This document shows, piece after piece, positions 60,101 through 64,000 of a stretch of 64,000 nucleotides of DNA; within the stretch, counting starts at the first letter, position 1; the number at the start of each line of letters is the position of its first letter. The DNA comes from Tubiluchus corallicola. Its lineage: Eukaryota > Animalia > Priapulida. The translations under genes were made by a program, and so were the position numbers. The DNA is taken from assembly GCA_030141605.1 (NCBI GenBank), contig JAQGDQ010002372.1:248001-312000 (forward strand), read 5' to 3'. Under the pieces are notes generated by a model. It searched no databases, was not told the origin of the DNA, and was given only the letters and a program-made list of their open reading frames with translations.

Positions 60101-63100
60101 AGCAGCAAACAGCCGCAAGTGCGTTAACTTAAACGGTGCTTTCCGTTTGGTCTTTTGTAAAGATCAGTCTCAAGAGGCTGAACGGTTAAACGTTTGGATT
60201 TGTTGAATTGTCCAACAATTTTTTTCGAAACACTCTTCGACTTCTAATGGTACAGTAATTGATGATTGACAGTAACGTTACTGCGTAAGTATAGCTGACA
60301 AAAGCAATCAATTGCAAAACAGAAAATTATTTTAAATCCACAAAAGGTCATCCTATTTGATAGTTGGCCTTTGTAAGTATTCTGATCACGCCATATGCAA
60401 AGTTACGTATTTATATTTAACATCATTAAAAACTATCATTACAACATGTTTTAGTTGGCTTAAAATGGTAATCTGGCAGGGTTTATTTTAGGTACAATAT
60501 TGTGAGTTATGAGAATTTTAATATAGCAGTATTCGGTTTTATTAGTCTCCCTTGGGTTCATTTTTCTCTTTATTGTCGTGTGACATTAGATACTACAGGC
60601 CACTGCGTGAAGAATATAAAATATTAACAAGGCATGTAAAAATGATTCTGCTTCGTGTCTGCTAAGCACAATGGGTTTACCAAAATGTCTAAATTTTTAA
60701 ACTCGTAGCAGCAGAAGCAGGATTTAATATAGGAAACAAAAACGGTCATTTGCAGTTCAGCAGTTTAGCAAAAATCCTTATGTAAATGTTAAACTTCGTT
60801 TACAATACTTAACAAAAATGGGCACTTACCTACAATCTATTTAAAAAAACACAATAAAGAAAAAAAGATAACCACAGCGCTCAGTACACCTCTGCGGACT
60901 ATAGTTAGGCGAAGAAGAAAACGAAAAATAATCACTAAATACCATTTTTGGTATAGAAGAAAATACTCGAGTCAGTGTACTTTACTATACTTTCGCCTTT
61001 GCGTTTCTTTCGACGCAGTGCTAAATTTAGCTTGTTCAATTAAAACGCATGTTAAAATAAAAAACATTATTATGGTATTGGTGACAAAAAGATTGCGTAA
61101 CATAAATTTGTCAGAAACTGAACATAGAACTCAGGTGTCAACCGAAAAAAGGGTCTATTGCAGTATTAACTGGTAAATTACTTCCTGTAAATGTAGGAAA
61201 GAAATGATTAAATGATTCAGTAACTTAATTCTTAGCTAGATTGCATTTGTGTTTATATTATTTAGTACAAACATAAAGTAAAAGTCTCTATTCCTTGGCA
61301 AAGAATAACGTTAAGAACAAGTATATGATGTTATTGGTGTACATGTCTCTAGTGGCAAAGCTGTGCAAAAAGTTATTATTTTTTAATTAAAATGGGCCTT
61401 AATTTGCTTGAGTCTCGTTGCTGTTAATATTGTCAGAACAACACAGCTCCGTATTCTAGTGTTCGAAAACGCGAAACACTCGTGACACACAAACGTGAAA
61501 ACACGCTTCGCAGCTTCCTAACAGAATCACATTCAAAAGATTTAGGAGTAATCTAGCTGTCACTGCACGTTTTGCAAAAGCAAAATTTTTACTATTACTA
61601 TACTGAAACATGGCTGCATCCGGTGCAGCGAGCTATACATTTGCTGTGTTTATGGATTGCAGCATACCGCTTTTCTGACAAAATTCTCCTATTGTTAGAA
61701 TTTTTCAGAATTTTCAGAATGTATTCATGAATTGGGAAATCTGTTCAGGTATTGACGTTTCGTTTCGAAAGAACAATTGTAAATTAAATGTTAGCCATAA
61801 CAAAACAGTCTGTGAAAAAGCTTTTCTCTCACTAAGTTCTTTATTTGTTTAGAAACTTAGTACCTCCCTCATAAGACCTCGTCAGATGTTAAAAAAGGTA
61901 CGTCTAATGCCTTATCAGAAATAAACACGCGTTAGTAGTAAAGCATTCTTGGAGTAAATATTAAGGCTACATTTTTTTGTTTAAATGAAATTACAAGCAT
62001 TGTAAATTTATTTACTTAATGATTGAATGATTCAGCAGCCAGGTCAGCAAATTTGATCGTGGAAACTAAAATGATTAATAGTAGTCTACTGTAGACGAAC
62101 ATATCTAGATAATCTTATGTAGCTTATGAAACGTCAGCAGTATCCTGAGTGTAACAGAATTAAATGCACCCCGAAAAAATTTCCTTTAAGGGTTAATACT
62201 TGGTCCTCTGCTGTAGATGATTTATGTCTACACTATGATCTTAGATCTTACATTTCGTGATAAGAGCATTAATATCTTTCCTAATTGGATTTGGCCTTCA
62301 TTTCTAAAGTTCAAATTGTGCAATATATATATATATATATATATGTATATTTATATATATATATATATTGGTAAAATTCAAACACTCTAGGTATACCGTT
62401 TTATTAGATTTGGTGTTAACAGTGGGCATTTTCCAGGTCGCGTCAGTCAGTTGGTTGACCAATCATATAGTCGAATGAATAACTAGAGTGACCGAACGAC
62501 CACATCACTGACCGGCAATAGATTGAACTGCCAAATAACTAGGATAAATAAGCAACTATGCATACAGACAAGCAAGTGAGCAGACAAACAGGCAAACACC
62601 CGGAATAAAACTATTACACCTCAGCTTAACTTCGTGGTTAATGGGTAATTGGAAATGTAAAGAGAAGCCACTTAGTTACTTAATTAAAATCTAATAAAAT
62701 AACTCAGTTACCCTACGATATTGGATTTTAGGATCAATAATGTCCACGTTTACTAATTTAATAAAACCGCAAATCAGCTTACTATTTTTGTGGCTAAGGC
62801 AGTGTTGAGAAATTGAAATATCATTTTAGCATTGCGCGTCTTCAATTTACTTGTGGTGACATATATTTTTGCCATGTGCATTATCATCTGTTAAAAGTTC
62901 TTATCTGCTCCTGAAACCTTACAATGACACATCCGCCGAGCACTTCCAGCGTTTGCAATATCATTTTTGCGAAATTGCACCATATTGGATATCTTTTTTA
63001 TGTCTCACAACATTTACAGTTAGCTATTAACGTAGCTTCAAATGCGTAACCTTGATTATCTACGTTCGACAAAACGTGGTAACGGTAATTGTAACAAGTG

Positions 63101-63918
63101 AAATAATATTCAGACGCTTTGCATTCATGCGTACTAGATATATTATTTTTAGTGATTTTAGAGTTTTTGTATTGTTACTATAATACCGCAAGTTTGTTTT
63201 AAATGGTCAGGGCTTTCGAATAATCTGGATGCCTGAAGTTGTTACGGTTCACACTGCGCTTGACCGAACATGGGAAAATTATTAATTTCAAAGTTCGTCT
63301 GGGATATAAAATATCTGTTTGGGGCGTTGAAAAAATAAACCTTAAATAATCAAGTAGGGGTCATTATAAGAGGGTCTGCTTGTGAACAAATTAATAACAA
63401 ATCTTCTCTATAGCTCTCTTTCAGTTCGATGCTTTCCGCGTTATTCAATGCTGAAATGTGCTTAACAAAAAACGGGAAACAACTTCTTCAGAAACGTAAA
63501 CAATGATAATCAAAGAAAAAGTTTAGCAAAATCATCAAAATGTACAAAAAGCCACGGTTCGTGGTTCCCGATGTTACAGTACGTAAAAGCAAATTATACT
63601 AATCGTAAGTGTATTGTGTTTGCTAAGAATGTTTTAAATCAGAGATATTGATTGAATGGAAGTAATTATCAGTAAACTAAAAATCAGTAAAATAAATCAC
63701 TGCAAAATGGACCCATTCGCACAAATCGCAGATAAAATTGTAAAATCTCGTGCAAATGGCATGAACTGCAAAAACTACTATATAGTTGCTCAAAAACTGC
63801 GTTTTTACCTGTAATGTGTCGCCTAACGAAGAATTGAGTTCGTGTACCGGTTTGCAGTTTAAATAATCTGACCAATTTGACCACGTTCCTCCTAACAAAC
63901 AATCTTTACTTGCATTAT
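52282..63918 (-). CDS. Class B1 (secretin-family) GPCR, CRF/diuretic hormone 44 or calcitonin-type receptor-like; 5' exons lie beyond the window
   Basis: Exons (minus): 63809-63918 NASKDCLLGGTWSNWSDYLNC; 59812-59915 IYYVGYTLSITSLVLAILIF (TM1); 58406-58523 RKLSCMRNKIHVNLFISY (TM2); 57596-57749 C..NFFWMLVEGLYL..LIGWG (TM3); 57314-57374 GIPIVVIAIW (TM4); 55620-55689 CW..PILVVLL; 54728-54816 INCVFL (TM5); 54295-54430 KGARKLLLLLPLLGLT (TM6); 53909-53950 QGFWITLFFCFTNHEV (TM7, canonical 42-bp exon); 52282-52530 tail. All are in phase. Confidence 0.93.
54521..54576. repeat. (CAT)n/(CGT)n compound microsatellite
   Basis: Directly visible; intronic. Confidence 0.9.
57035..57106. repeat. (AT)n microsatellite
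   Basis: Directly visible; intronic. Confidence 0.97.
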
Positions 63919-64000
63919 CTGTGAATGTAAAGGGAAATTAGTTATTATTTATTAGTTATTAATTTCATTATGCTTCATCAGCACATTTTTGGGCGTTAGA

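Overview
This is AT-rich, intron-containing animal (probably invertebrate) genomic DNA, not prokaryotic, and most ORFs in the supplied track are artefacts of repeats or fragments of exons. Four spliced genes can be reconstructed by hand with consistent GT-AG boundaries and phases. The first is a 9-exon tan-like C45-family Ntn cysteine hydrolase on the minus strand (16461->5032) whose last coding exon is tandemly duplicated with both copies intact. The second and third are two tandem SLC28 concentrative nucleoside transporter paralogs on the plus strand (~28.5-37.6 kb and 39.0-48.7 kb) with identical core exon sizes. The fourth is the 3' part of a class B1 (secretin-family, CRF/DH44-receptor-like) GPCR on the minus strand that runs off the right edge. 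Mobile DNA includes a head-to-tail array of non-autonomous Helitrons (1-3187), other Helitron-ended CAC-rich elements, a decayed APE-RT LINE with a nested hAT MITE, a Tc1/mariner-type MITE in two copies, foldback-like elements and a Penelope-like RT fragment. A ~285-bp palindrome in the last intron of the second SLC28 gene carries a minimal type I hammerhead ribozyme motif on each strand. All calls come from manual reading; no database search was run.
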